DNA of 64,000 nt from Octopus sinensis (taxonomy: Eukaryota): NCBI RefSeq assembly GCF_006345805.1, contig NC_043011.1, positions 4,278,001 through 4,342,000 of the forward strand. The letters run 5' to 3'. Positions 52,857 through 64,000 of this stretch are shown here, piece by piece; the first letter of the stretch is position 1, and each line of letters begins with the position of its first letter. Under the pieces are notes generated by a model. That model was not told the origin of the DNA. It was given only the letters and a program-made list of their open reading frames with translations, and ran no database searches. A program made the translations under genes and the position numbers.

Positions 52857-52953
52857 TTAAGTCATCAACAAGAAAGATGTTGGTGATTTTAATTTTTTTT
52901 CCTATGCCGATCATATCATATAACCTTTGTATTTACTTAACAGTGCTTACATA

Positions 52954-53805
52954 GGACTCACTGCTAGGATAAAAAGTAATGTAGATGGACTCACTGCTAG
53001 GACAAAAAGTAATATAGATGGACTCACTGCTAGGACAAAATGTAATATAGATGGACTCACTGCTAGGACAAAAAGTAATGTAGATGGACTCACTGCTAGG
53101 ACAAAAAGTAATGTAGATGGACTCACTGCCAGGACAAAAATTAATATAGATGGACTCACTGCTAGGACAAAAAGTAATATAGATGGACTCACTGCTAGGA
53201 CAAAAAGTAATATAGATGGACTCACTGCTAGGACAAAAAGTAATATAGATGGACTCACTGCTAGGACAAAAAGCAATATAGATGGACTCACTGCTAGGAC
53301 AAAAAGTAATGTAGATGGACTCACTGCTAGGACAAAAAGTAGTAGATGGACTCACTGCTAGGACATAATGTAGATGGACTCACTGCTAGGACAAAAAGTA
53401 ATATAGATGGACTCACTGCTAGGACAAAAAGTAATATAGATGGACTCACTGCTAGGACAAAAAGTAATATAGATGGACTCACTGCTAGGACAAAAAGTAA
53501 TGTAGATGGACTCACTGCTAGGACAAAAAGTAATGTAGATGGACTCACTGCTAGGACAAAAAGTAATGTAGATGGACTCACTGCTAGGACAAAAAGCAAT
53601 ATAGATGGACTCACTGCTCGGACAAAAAGTAATATAGATGGACTCACTGCTAGGACAAAAAGCAATATAGATGGACTCACTGCTAGGACAAAAAGTAATA
53701 TAGATGGACTCACTGCTAGGACAAAAAGTAATATAGATGGACTCGCTGCTAGGATAAAAAGTAATATAGATGGACTCACTGCTAGGACAAACAGTAATAT
53801 AGATG
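52954..53805. repeat. 33-bp minisatellite, ~26 copies (GGACTCACTGCTAGGACAAAAAGTAATRTAGAT)
   Basis: Directly visible; two shortened units near 53340-53370. Confidence 0.97.
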
Positions 53806-54020
53806 CGATGTCACTCTGAAATATTCCTGTTGATAGCCTAATTCTGTTACGTGACTTTAGTGGTAGCTTCAGTTCTTATTGGTAGCTCTGTGGACTAGGT
53901 TGTTGTTAGTCTCTTAATGGCATCCTGTATAGCAGTCGGGCCCTTAGTGAGACATTGTGATTCTATTATCCATAAGTAAGGAAGAGTCAAATGCTTTCTT
54001 ATAGTCTAGCTATAAACTAC

Positions 54021-54415
54021 TTACTCTTTTATTTGTTTCAGTCATTTGACTGTGACCATGCTGGAGCACCACCTTTAGTCAAACATATCGACCCCGGGAC
54101 TTATTCTTTGCAAGCCCAGTACTTATTCTATCGGTCTCTTTTGCCGAACCGCCAAGTGACGGGGACGTAAACACACCAGCATCGGTTGTCAGGCGATGTT
54201 GGGGGACACAAAGACACACACACACAAATATATATATACATATACATATATACGGCGGGCTTCTTTCAGTTTCCATCTACCAAATCCACTCACAAGGCTT
54301 TGGTCGGCCCGAGGCTATAGTAGAAGACACTTGCCCAAGGTGCCACGCAGTGGGACTGAACCCAGAACCATGTGGTTGTTAAGCAAGCTACTTACCACAC
54401 AGCCACTCCTGCGCC
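54021..54415 (-). mobile_element. SINE family A
   Basis: Full-length reverse copy nested in the R4-like element. Confidence 0.9.
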
Positions 54416-54709
54416 TATGTTCAAATTTACTTGTTCAAATTTATTCCTTTTCTCCTGCTAGCTCATCTGTCACCACATTCTTTCACTGTGGTCCTGGAGG
54501 AATAAACTCAACCATTCTATGAAGAATCTGCACATCATATTCAAGCACACTGTGGGCCACTTATGTCTCCCGTTAATGTTGTTGTATGTGCAATATCAAC
54601 CACTCTGGCACATGAAGCTCAGCTTTCACTGTTCCTTGAACAGGTTAATGAGGGCTAGTTTGTAGAATGTGAACTTTCTGTACCAATAACCAAATATCAT
54701 ATCTTTTCT

Positions 54710-54935
54710 TATTTCTTTCTTTATTGCCCACAAAGGGCTAAACATAAAGGGGACAGACAAATGATTAAGTCGATTGCATCAACCCCAGTGCATAACTGGT
54801 ACTTAATTTATCGACCCCCGAAAGGATGAAAGGCAAAGTCGACCTCGGTGGAAATTGAACTCAGAACATAACGGTAAACAAAATACCGCTAGGCATTTCG
54901 CCCTGTGTGCTAACATTTCTGCCAACTTGCCGCCT
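54710..54935 (-). mobile_element. SINE family B monomer
   Basis: Family B body and head; ATATCATAT on both flanks. Confidence 0.85.
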
Positions 54936-55470
54936 TTTCATATCATATTTTTTCTTGGTAATTTGCCATTCAGTAGGATTGCCGCAATCATCAGAAAAGT
55001 TTTAACTGTTGTTGTGCAGTTCATTAGTCACACTGCCACTCGGTTGTGTTGTTTGTTTAAATTCCAGTCCCCACCTCAGAATGACTGAAAATTATGCTGG
55101 GAAGGAGACCTTCATTACCTCGATATTATGGCCTTTCCTACTGCAACATACTGCTTGGTTTTTCACACTGCAATATATTGCTTGGCATGTGAGTAAAACT
55201 TGGGATTGATAGCCTTGCATTCTTGTCATTTTTTACAGTAGCCAAGTGTTGCACCTGCCACTGACAGATCCTGTTGAAGTGAAATTAGCTTGCTTGTCTG
55301 TACTTTTTCTCAACATTTCCCATAGGATTTAGATAATCTGTCATGAAATTACAGCTGGAGGTTCATGATCTTATTATTTACTTTGCACTTAATTATAGCG
55401 TCTAACTGTCAAACATTTTTTTCTGTGTCTGTTGATATTTGTCAGAAGAGAGGACATCGCTTTTGGTTGT

Positions 55471-55693
55471 TACTCTCTCTCTTTTACTCTTTTACTTGTT
55501 TCAGTCATTTGACTGCGGCCATGCTGGAGCACCGCCCCCAGTTGAGCAAATCGACCCCGGGACTTATTCTTTGCAAGCCCAGTACTTATTCTATCGGTCT
55601 ATTTTGCCGAACCGCTAAGTGACGGGGACGTAAACACACTAGCATCGGTTGTCAAGCAATGCTAGGGGGACAAACACAGACACACAAACATAT

Positions 55694-55752
<59 letters not shown>

Positions 55753-55916
55753 TACGACAGGCTTCTTTCAGTTTTCCGTCTACCAAATCCACTCACAAGG
55801 CATTGGTCGGCCCGGGGCTATAGCAGAAGACACTTGCCCAAGATGCCACGCAGTGGGACTGAACCCGGAACCATGTGGTTGGTTAGCAAGCTACTTACCA
55901 CACAGCCACTCCTGCG
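55471..55916 (-). mobile_element. SINE family A
   Basis: Full-length reverse copy. Confidence 0.9.
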
Positions 55917-56895
55917 TTCTTTTCTTTCATTTTTTTTTTTTTTTTGCTTGCTACAATCAATCTCTTTTACTCCTATTTGTTGGTAAATGGTAATTGCAGC
56001 ACAGTGTAGAACATTCAATGTCTAAAAGCTGGAATTCTCAGTCACTGCTACTTGTTCCTTAGATTCTTGGTCTATTGTGTATAACATCAGGTCAGTAGCA
56101 TTATTATTGATTAGTGTGGTAATTGTTCTCTCATAGAATTCTTTATTAATGTAGACGGTGAGCTGTACTTTGAGTCGTTTATATTTCTCAATAATTACCA
56201 CAGTTTGTTCTTTATCAGTCACTGCTCATTTGTGTAATTTCAGAATGTTTCTTTCACATTTGTTGTTATTGCATCAGTTGTGGTCTTTGGTGCTTTTGGT
56301 CTTCTCAGGTGAAGAATTTCACTGGCCTAATTTGACTCTTATTTAATGAGCGATTCTAGTAGTTGGTAGGGATAAGAGTAAATTTTCTCTCAATGAAGGT
56401 TGCTTGTTGTCATAGTTGTTTGGTATTGAAGTGTGAATAGTTGGGGTGTTTTAAATCTCAGTCACTTTTTCTCCTTTTCACAGAACTAATTCAGGGATCT
56501 TTCTTAACTATTTTATGGAACTGATAAGAGGTCTTGATTCAATTTAAAAGTCCACCACAAATTTCTCCTTAGTTCTATGACCTGTGAAAGCTGACCCCAA
56601 TTTCCTCTCCAACCATCTTGAGTGTAGTGGTAATTCAATGTGTTGAGTTTCAGTTGATGTTCACTTCTTAATTACTTTTAGAATCTTCCATAAAAAGTTG
56701 CTTCTTTGCATTTTCAGAAGATAACCAATTTTTTTTTTTACTAGACCTGTATCAAAAGCAAAAGCTCTTCTGGATTGTATTCATTACATGGAAAATGAAT
56801 AGACCCTGTTTGTCAATATGACTAACTTCAATGCCATATTATGCATTTATTTATGCATGCATATATATATATATATTATATATATATATATATAT

Positions 56896-57122
56896 ATATC
56901 AAACTAAAGTTATTGAACAAACAAAGGCAAGGTCATCCGTGTATCATTTCATAATTTTTTTTCTTGCACCTTATTATTATTATATGCTTGTATGCTTGTA
57001 CAGATGAATTATGTTCCATCTTGCAGGATGTTTATATGTATATTCTATGATTAAATGTTCGAATTATGAAATGATATGCGGATGACCTTGCATTTGTTTG
57101 TTCAATAACTTTAGTTTGATAT
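56896..57122. repeat. 61-bp inverted repeat (56896-56956 / 57062-57122)
   Basis: ATATCAAACTAAAGTTATTGAACAAACAAA.GCAAGGTCATCCG..TATCATTTCATAATT is mirrored with about 3 mismatches. Confidence 0.9.
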
Positions 57123-57227
57123 TTTTGTCTCTTTCAATAGAGCACTTCTATAGCAGTCCTATTAATCTTTTTGTTACTGACAAGACACAATCACTGTATT
57201 ATTGATATTGATATATATATATATATA

Positions 57228-57548
57228 TATAAAATATTATTCGAGACAAAACCACTATTTTGCAAAACAAACAAGGAAAGACTTAATCAATACATAAAAT
57301 TTTAATAAATAGTCAAAAAAACCGCCACTACAATCGTTTCTTGTCTTGATCGACAATCTTCCGGTGGACTTCCAATAATTCATAATTTGACACTGAATTA
57401 TTGGAAGTCCACCTGAAGATTGTCGATCAAGACAAGAAACGATTGTAGTGGCGGTTTTTTTGACTATTTATTAAAATTTTATGTATTGATTAAGTCTTTC
57501 CTTGTTTGTTTTGCAAAATAGTGGTTTTGTCTCGAATAATATTTTATA
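57228..57548. repeat. 155-bp near-perfect palindrome with 11-nt loop; probably an inverted PLE pseudo-LTR pair
   Basis: Arms 57228-57382 and 57394-57548; one mismatch seen (57362 C opposite 57414 T). Confidence 0.93.
57409..57451 (+). ncRNA. Canonical type I hammerhead ribozyme
   Basis: CCAC-CTGAAGA-TTGTC gatcaa GACAA-GAAA-C gatt G-TA-GTGG. Stem I 4 bp, stem II 5 bp, short stem III, GUA triplet; predicted cut after 57447. Confidence 0.85.
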
Positions 57549-57624
57549 ATATTTTACTATAAAATCGATTTAATCATTAATCTGATTTTTTCCCTGTAAA
57601 TTTGGATTTATTCCCTAATATTTA

Positions 57625-57660
<36 letters not shown>

Positions 57661-57844
57661 GCATATCTGTACATGTATGCGTGTAATGTATGCATGCCTC
57701 GTCATTATTACACTTGCTTTCCATGCTGGCAGAAGTCAGAGGGTCTTCCCAGTGCAGTCAGTTCTTACTTGGAATCACTGCTCTCATTAATTGATGCGTA
57801 TACATGTCATTTTACGTCTGGTTTCTATGGATGCCCTTCCTATC

Positions 57845-58453
57845 TATTTCTTTACTACCCACAAGGGGCTAAACACAGAGAAGACAAACAAGGACAGACA
57901 AACGGATTAAGTCGATTATATCGACCCCAGTGAGTAACTGGTACTTATTTCATCGACCTCAAAAGGATGAAAGGCAAAGTCGACCTCGGCGGAATTTGAA
58001 CTCAGGACGTAACCGCAGACGAAATACCTATTTCTTTACTACCCACAAGGGGCTAAACACAGAGGGGACAAACAAGGATAGACAAACGGATTAAGTCGAT
58101 CACATCGACCCCAGTGAGTAACTGGTACTTATTTCATCGACCTCAAAAGGATGAAAGGCAAAGTCGACCTCGGCGGAATTTGAATTCAGAATGTAACGGC
58201 AGACGAAATACCTATTTCTTTACTACCCACAAGGGACTAAACACAGAGGGGACAAACAAGGACAGACAAACGGATTAAGTCGATTACATCGACCCCAGTG
58301 CGTAACTGGTACTTATTTAATCGACCTCAAAAGGATGAAAGGCAAAGTTAACTTGGTGGAATTTGAACTCAGGACGTAGCAGCAGACAAAATATTGCTAA
58401 GCATTTCACTCGGCGTGCTAACGATTCTGCCAGCTCACCGCCTTATGGTGATA
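57845..58453 (-). mobile_element. SINE family B trimer
   Basis: Three units, one head; TSD GGATGCCCTTCCTATC at 57829-44 and 58454-69. Confidence 0.9.
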
Positions 58454-58914
58454 GGATGCCCTTCCTATCACCAACCACATTACAGTATATATTGGGTGCA
58501 TTTTATCAGCAAGTCAAGACTAGAGGTTTCTCTTGGCCTTTTGCTTTCTTCACTCATTTGCCAAATACTTTACGGTGTATACTGCATGTTTTTTTTCAGT
58601 GAGGCAACAGTACAGGGGTTGTCAAGTCCTCATCAAGACAAGACCTAAGAGACTTTGCAGGAGACTACTTTTCCTCTGCTTGGTTACCAATCACGATAGG
58701 GAATGCCCTAATGAGGAAGGAAGTGTTTCACCATTGCACCAGTAGAGGGAGGGATATCTTGTATATTGTAAGTGTAGAGAGTATGAAGTACCCAAAGCCA
58801 AAGAAAATCTGCCCCAGATAAATTCCATAGGATCCATACAAACATGGAAAAGTGGGCGTTGCATAATGATGATAATGATAAGTGTGTGGGTGGGTGTATG
58901 AGTGTATATATATA

Positions 58915-59290
58915 TTTCGGCACTCTGTCGGTTACGACGACAAGGGTTCTAGTTCATTCGATCAACAGAACAAGTTGCTCGTGAAATTAATGTGCAAGTG
59001 GCTGAGCACTCCACAGACCTTATCATTCCTTCTCGGGGAGATTCAGTGTGACACAGTGTGTGACAAGGCTGGCCCTCTCAAATACTGGTACAACAGAAAC
59101 AGGAAGAAAGAGTGAGAGAAAGTTGGGGTGAAAGAATACAGCAGGATTCGCCACCACCCCCTGCTGGAGCCACGTGGAGATTTAGGTGTTTTTGCTCAAT
59201 AAACACTCACAATGCCCAGTCTGGGTATCGAAACTGTGATCCTATGACCATGCATACGCTGTCCTAACCACTGGGTCATTGCGCCTCACA
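58915..59290 (-). mobile_element. tRNA-headed SINE, family D-like head with a different 3' part
   Basis: GAGGCGCAATGACCCAGTGGTTAGG...TTTATTGAGCAAAAACACCTAAA is shared with 46287-46663. Confidence 0.75.
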
Positions 59291-59340
59291 CACACACATA
59301 TAGATAGATAGATAGTTAGATAGATAAATGGATGGATGGA

Positions 59341-60507
59341 TTTCTTTCTTTCTTTCTTTCTTTATTAGCCATGCAGGGCTGAACACAGAGGGGACAAATT
59401 ACAAAGTAGAGCTCTTCTTTTGGGTAAGAAAAAAGAGTGGTAGGTTTTCGATCAAAAGGGATCGTAAAAAGAAAGAAAGAAAAAAAAAACGATCAATAGG
59501 GATTGTGTATTACAGAAATGTCATAATGTAAAGTATAAAGGGAGAAACAGATAAGGTTTATCCGTGGAAAGAAAAGACTATGGAAAAGACCACGGTAACC
59601 TCAGTCAATAATGTCACATGTTAACATATTTATTTGCAAGTAAGTAACTCTGTTTTAAATTTTTCCGGGTTCATAGGATTATGCTCAAGGTGGCTTAGTC
59701 ATTCATACGTACCATCCTTGCTACATTCACCCATCTTTTTTTGAAACATTCACTATACAAAACTTGCCTCTCTACTCTCACTTTCCTTTCCAAGTGATAC
59801 TTGAAGAAGTTGATGAGAGATTGAACAGTGAGGAAAGTGTTTGTCTCTAATCTTTTCAGATGCATCCACCAGATACATTCTTTCGCCATAGTCACAAATA
59901 TGATGAAAATAGCTCTTCCTTCCCATTTGAAGGAAGGAGGCGTGACAATATTGACGATAGACTTGGCTGATAAACTGACTTGTTCCGCACGTCACAGCAG
60001 TCATTCGACATAAGCCCACGGGTCAGAAATGGTTGGACACTGCACGAGTGTGTGCAAAATGGTTTCGTCACTCTGACCGCATCTCGGGCCGGTCAGCCCC
60101 ATGTTTCTCGAGCCGTGTCTGTAGAGCTTATCCTGAACGAGTAGTGCTTCTCGGTAGCACTGCCAAGCCAGGGATCTCTGGAAGTTGTCCATAGGTCCCG
60201 GCCCAAAAGTCGTCTTGGACAGGCGGGTAAGGTATTCCTTATTGACACCCAGGTTCGACCCGAGATCATCGTCGTACTTCCCCTCCACTAACCCCCTATA
60301 GAATACTTTGGTTGTGTTGAAGTCGCTCAAGGTCGACCCGGGACGGCATAGTTGCTTGAGAGCAATGTGACACTCGCAGTGCCATTCGCCCTTCCTCGGC
60401 CTCTTTTTGATCGACGACTGCCGTTCAGTCATGGAGATGAGCTGCAGGAAAGTGTGCCTCACAAACAGCGACCACACCTGTTCACTGTCATCTAGATAGA
60501 GTCGTAG
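59341..60507 (-). mobile_element. L1/Tx1-clade LINE 3' end, 5'-truncated
   Basis: FQRSLAWQCYREALLVQDKLYRHG...(G)PRCGQSDETILHTLVQCP (zf-RVT-like knuckle), AKECIWW.., UTR, then AATAAA and (AAAG)n tail. Confidence 0.82.
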
Positions 60508-60539
60508 AAATAGATAGAGGGATATATATATATATATAG

Positions 60540-60800
60540 CCAGACTGGCTTCTGTGCTGGTGGCACGTAAAAAGCACCAACCGATCGTGGCCGCTGCTAG
60601 CCTCCCCTGGCACCTGTGCCGGTGGCATGTAAAAAGCACCCACTACACTCACGGAGTGGTTGGCATTAGGAAGGGCATCCAGCTGTAGAAACACTGCAAG
60701 ATCAAACTGGAGCCTGGTGCAGCCTCCTGGTTTCCCAGACCCCGGTTGAACCATCCAACCTGTGCTAGTACGGAGAACGGACGTTAAACGATGATGATGA

Positions 60801-60803
<3 letters not shown>
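60540..60803 (+). mobile_element. RTE-type 3' UTR fragment with (GAT)n tail
   Basis: Same family as the 13852 and 26514 copies. Confidence 0.8.
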
Positions 60804-60843
<40 letters not shown>

Positions 60844-61185
60844 AAGATAGATAGATAGGTATATATATACATGCTTCCCAACTACATGGTTTCATGGTTC
60901 AGTCCCATTGCATGACACCTTGGCCAAGTGTCTTCAATAGAAGTGTCAGCAAGTGTCGACCTTGAGCTGACCAAAATCTTGTGAGTGGATTTGGTAGGTG
61001 CAAACTGAAAGAAGCCTTCATTTATGTATGTATGTATGTATGTATGTGTGTGTGTATGTGTGTGAGTGTGTGCATGTATATGTGTAAAGTGTGTGTGTTT
61101 GTATAGTATGTATGTATAATATATGTATACATGTACATATATTTATATAACAGTTAATATATGTTTATGTGTGTTTGTATATATA

Positions 61186-61560
61186 GGCGCAGGAGTGGCT
61201 GTGTGGTAAGTAGCTTGCTAACCAACCACATGGTTCTGGGTTCAGTCCCACTGCATGGCATCTTAGGCAAGTGTCTTGGGCCGACCAATGCCTTGTGAGT
61301 GGATTTGGTAGACGGAAAACTGAAAGAAGCCTGTCGTATATATGTATAGATATGTTTGTGTGTGTCTGTCTCCCTAGCATTGCTTGACAACCGATGCTGG
61401 TGTGTTTACGTCCCTGTCACTTAGCGGTTCGGCAAAAGAGACCGATAGAATAAGTACTGGGCTTACAAAGAATAAGTCCCGGGGTCGATTTGCTCAACTA
61501 AAGGCGGTGCTCCAGCATGGCCGCAGTCAAATGACTGAAACAAGTAAAAGAGTAAGAGTA
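61186..61560 (+). mobile_element. SINE family A
   Basis: Near full-length copy. Confidence 0.9.
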
Positions 61561-61676
61561 TACATACAGTTAAACGATGATGATGATGATGATGATGATA
61601 CATACATACACACATCTACACACACACACACACACACATATATATGTACGTATATGCATTCACACATAAATACATG

Positions 61677-61722
<46 letters not shown>

Positions 61723-61796
61723 CGTGCATACATACATGCATAATCTCTCTCACACATGTACACAAACATGTTAAATTGATGAGACAATTATTTTAA

Positions 61797-62018
61797 CCCT
61801 TTCATTACCGTATTTATTTTGAGATGCTCTGTGTTTCTTTCAATTAATTTTAAATATAACAAAGAATTTAGCTAAATAAGATAAGTTATCATTCAGCTAG
61901 TGTTAGGAACATAAAGTGTGACTAAGGTTTGGTGGAAGATTTTAATTCAAAACTTATGAAAACAAGACATTTGTACTCAGAGCCAGAGGCGGTTTCAGCC
62001 GGGTTGGTAATGAAAGGG
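61797..62018 (+). mobile_element. piggyBac-type MITE, family 1
   Basis: TTAA flanks at 61793-96 and 62019-22; CCCTTTCATTACC / GGTAATGAAAGGG. Confidence 0.88.
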
Positions 62019-62380
62019 TTAAACGAAGTTTAAGAATAACAGCAGAAAACAATGTTAGGTGTCTCCATAGTGTGAGTTGTTAAATTTATTGTAGTTTATT
62101 TTGACAAGGACCTTGAAGTTTCACCTGACCGTTATTTAATCAGTGAATAAAGTTTCAGTTTTGAAGTTTATGTGGGGAAATAAAGAGGAAAACTGCAGTA
62201 AAAGAAGCAAGGGTTTACGTAGAAGTTTACATTTGTTGAAAAGTTCTGTTATTTCACTGGTGTTTGAAATCTGATAAAATAGTTTGAATGTCAGGTAAAT
62301 ATAAAGACTACCCACACCCCTTACACAATTAATGAGATAAGGTGAGATAGGAAAAGGTAAAGAAAGGGTATGTATTTATT

Positions 62381-62386
62381 TGTCTA

Positions 62387-62430
<44 letters not shown>

Positions 62431-62524
62431 TCTTTCTGTGTGTCTATCTGTCTGTCTGTCCATTTATCTATCTGTGTCTGTCTGTCTGTCTATCTATCTG
62501 TCTGTCTATCTATCTATTTGTCTG

Positions 62525-62563
<39 letters not shown>

Positions 62564-62584
62564 GTCTGTCTATCTAACTATCTA

Positions 62585-62615
<31 letters not shown>

Positions 62616-62640
62616 ATCTATCTATCTATCTATCTATATA
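62381..62640. repeat. (TCTA/TCTG)n microsatellite
   Basis: Directly visible. Confidence 0.95.
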
Positions 62641-63114
62641 CATACATACATAATACTTCATTTAGTAACTATAGATGGGAAAATATATTAAAATAAATGA
62701 AAATGAAAACATAAATATTTATTAATGAATTTAAAAAATAAATAGAAATGATTTGGTTGTGTCTTTGGAGGGTCATTCAAGTGTGAAAAAGAGAACTGGA
62801 GATTGGTATTCAGGCAGCTAATTCAATTGACTGGTTCAACTGAAGTCCCAAAAGGTTTTAATCCTAGATAAGTGTCAAAGTGTGATGAAGTATAAAGGTA
62901 GTTGTTTGTGTAGATGTGTGTGTGTGTGTGTGTGTATGTGTGTGTTTGTAAATATGTGTGGATGTGTATTGTTCACAAACATCACTGTATTGACCAGACT
63001 ATCAGATGATTTTATAAAATGCTGGTCACAATGAGCTTTCAGTTCTTTCTTCATTGCACCTTCTTCTTCCCCTCTTAGCAAAATTGTTCAATTCTTTTCA
63101 TCATCATGGATGCC

Positions 63115-63152
<38 letters not shown>

Positions 63153-63177
63153 ACTTTTTTTTTCTATTTTCTTGGAT

Positions 63178-63610
63178 AGGTGCAGGTGTGGCTGTGTGGT
63201 AAGATAGGTGCTCTGTCTTAAGATGCTTGCTTCCTAACCACATGGTTCCAGGTTCAGTTCCACTGCATAGCACATTATGCAAGTGTCTTCTACTATAACC
63301 TCATTCCAACCAAAGTGTCTTCTCCTATAGCCTCAGGCTGACCAAAGCCTCGTGAGTGGATTTGGTAGATATAAACTGAAAAACACCCTTCATATGTGTG
63401 TGTGTGTATGTCTTTGTGTCTATGTTTGTCCACCCATCACCGTTTGACAACCTGTGTTGGTGTGTTTATTTCCCCATAAAAGACTAATAGAACAAGTACT
63501 AGGCTTAAAAATTAAGTCCTGGAGTTGATTTGTTTGACTAAAATCCTTGAAAGCAGTGCTCCAACATGGCTGCAGTCAAATGCCTGAAACAAGTAAAAGA
63601 ATAAAAGAAT
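63178..63610 (+). mobile_element. SINE family A, older and divergent
   Basis: Degenerate head, body and tail with a small internal duplication. Confidence 0.75.
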
Positions 63611-64000
63611 GCTACTTAACAACTGCATGGTTTCACCTGTTGTCTGTGAACCTTACAACATGTCCAACCCCCACAAAGCATTTGGTAATTTGGTATTCTG
63701 CTATCATGCCATTCACTCTGCTCCGTTCTTGAATAACCAAACCCATCAATCAGTTGCAGACTATGCTGATAGAGCTGAACACTCATAGCTCAGCAGTATA
63801 CCTTGAAGTATACCATTTACAAGTACACCTTGTATTAAAAGCCTACAAAAGAATTTTTCCTAAAATTCTCAGAAAAATTCAAGTTTATGTACTAGTTCAA
63901 AAGAAAAAGTAACAAAGGAAATTCTTAAGTATTAACATAAATGTATTGAGACATCTATTATTGTTAAAATACTAATACTACTAAGTACTGACAAAAAGTG

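Larger units (their letters stand above)
50360..56800 (-). mobile_element. Decayed, near full-length R4/Dong-like (RLE-type) non-LTR retrotransposon broken by later insertions
   Basis: Ordered minus-strand remnants: DMIFGYWYRKF (~54690), PEWL (~54600), GIFQSDIASILLFVLAVSP (~53825), ITNIFLVDD|LKL (52861|51772), YKYLRINEN (~51570), DIKTRKIL..FHINSDTHRIY (~51370), QEQEITIKYL, CDRKCQAC....HVIS (zinc knuckle), WWNVSI....NRPD (RLE). The 5' limit is approximate. Confidence 0.8.

Noticed and set aside
52927-53819. Long repetitive ORFs (DGLTARTKSN)n, or a CRISPR-like array
   Set aside because: Contiguous tandem units with no unique spacers, eukaryotic context and no cas genes; explained as an RT-derived minisatellite.

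Overview
AT-rich, microsatellite-saturated animal genomic DNA. The SINE families and (TA)n/(TACA)n/(GAT)n/(TAA)n tracts look like an octopus (coleoid cephalopod) genome; this is recognition from memory, not a database result. Almost all ORFs in the supplied track are microsatellite or SINE artefacts. One host exon is recognisable (47793-47949, +), from a glutamate carboxypeptidase II / NAALADase (M28B) gene, so the rest is probably intron or flank. That DNA is layered with mobile elements: several tRNA-headed SINE families, remnants of RTE, CR1, Tx1/L1, R4-Dong and Gypsy elements, Helitrons, piggyBac and hAT non-autonomous elements, and many Penelope-like (PLE) ends. Three things stand out. 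(1) About ten hammerhead-ribozyme (HHR) motifs occur, including a canonical one in a 155-bp near-perfect palindrome whose only mismatch hits the catalytic core of the mirror copy, and one inside a 290-nt fold-back element. (2) One SINE family occurs as head-to-tail multimers (7x, 3x, 3x) with the same junction, each array inside one target-site duplication. (3) A 33-bp minisatellite arose in frame from reverse-transcriptase motif B' of a dead R4-like element. Coordinates were counted by eye; ends of decayed elements are approximate.
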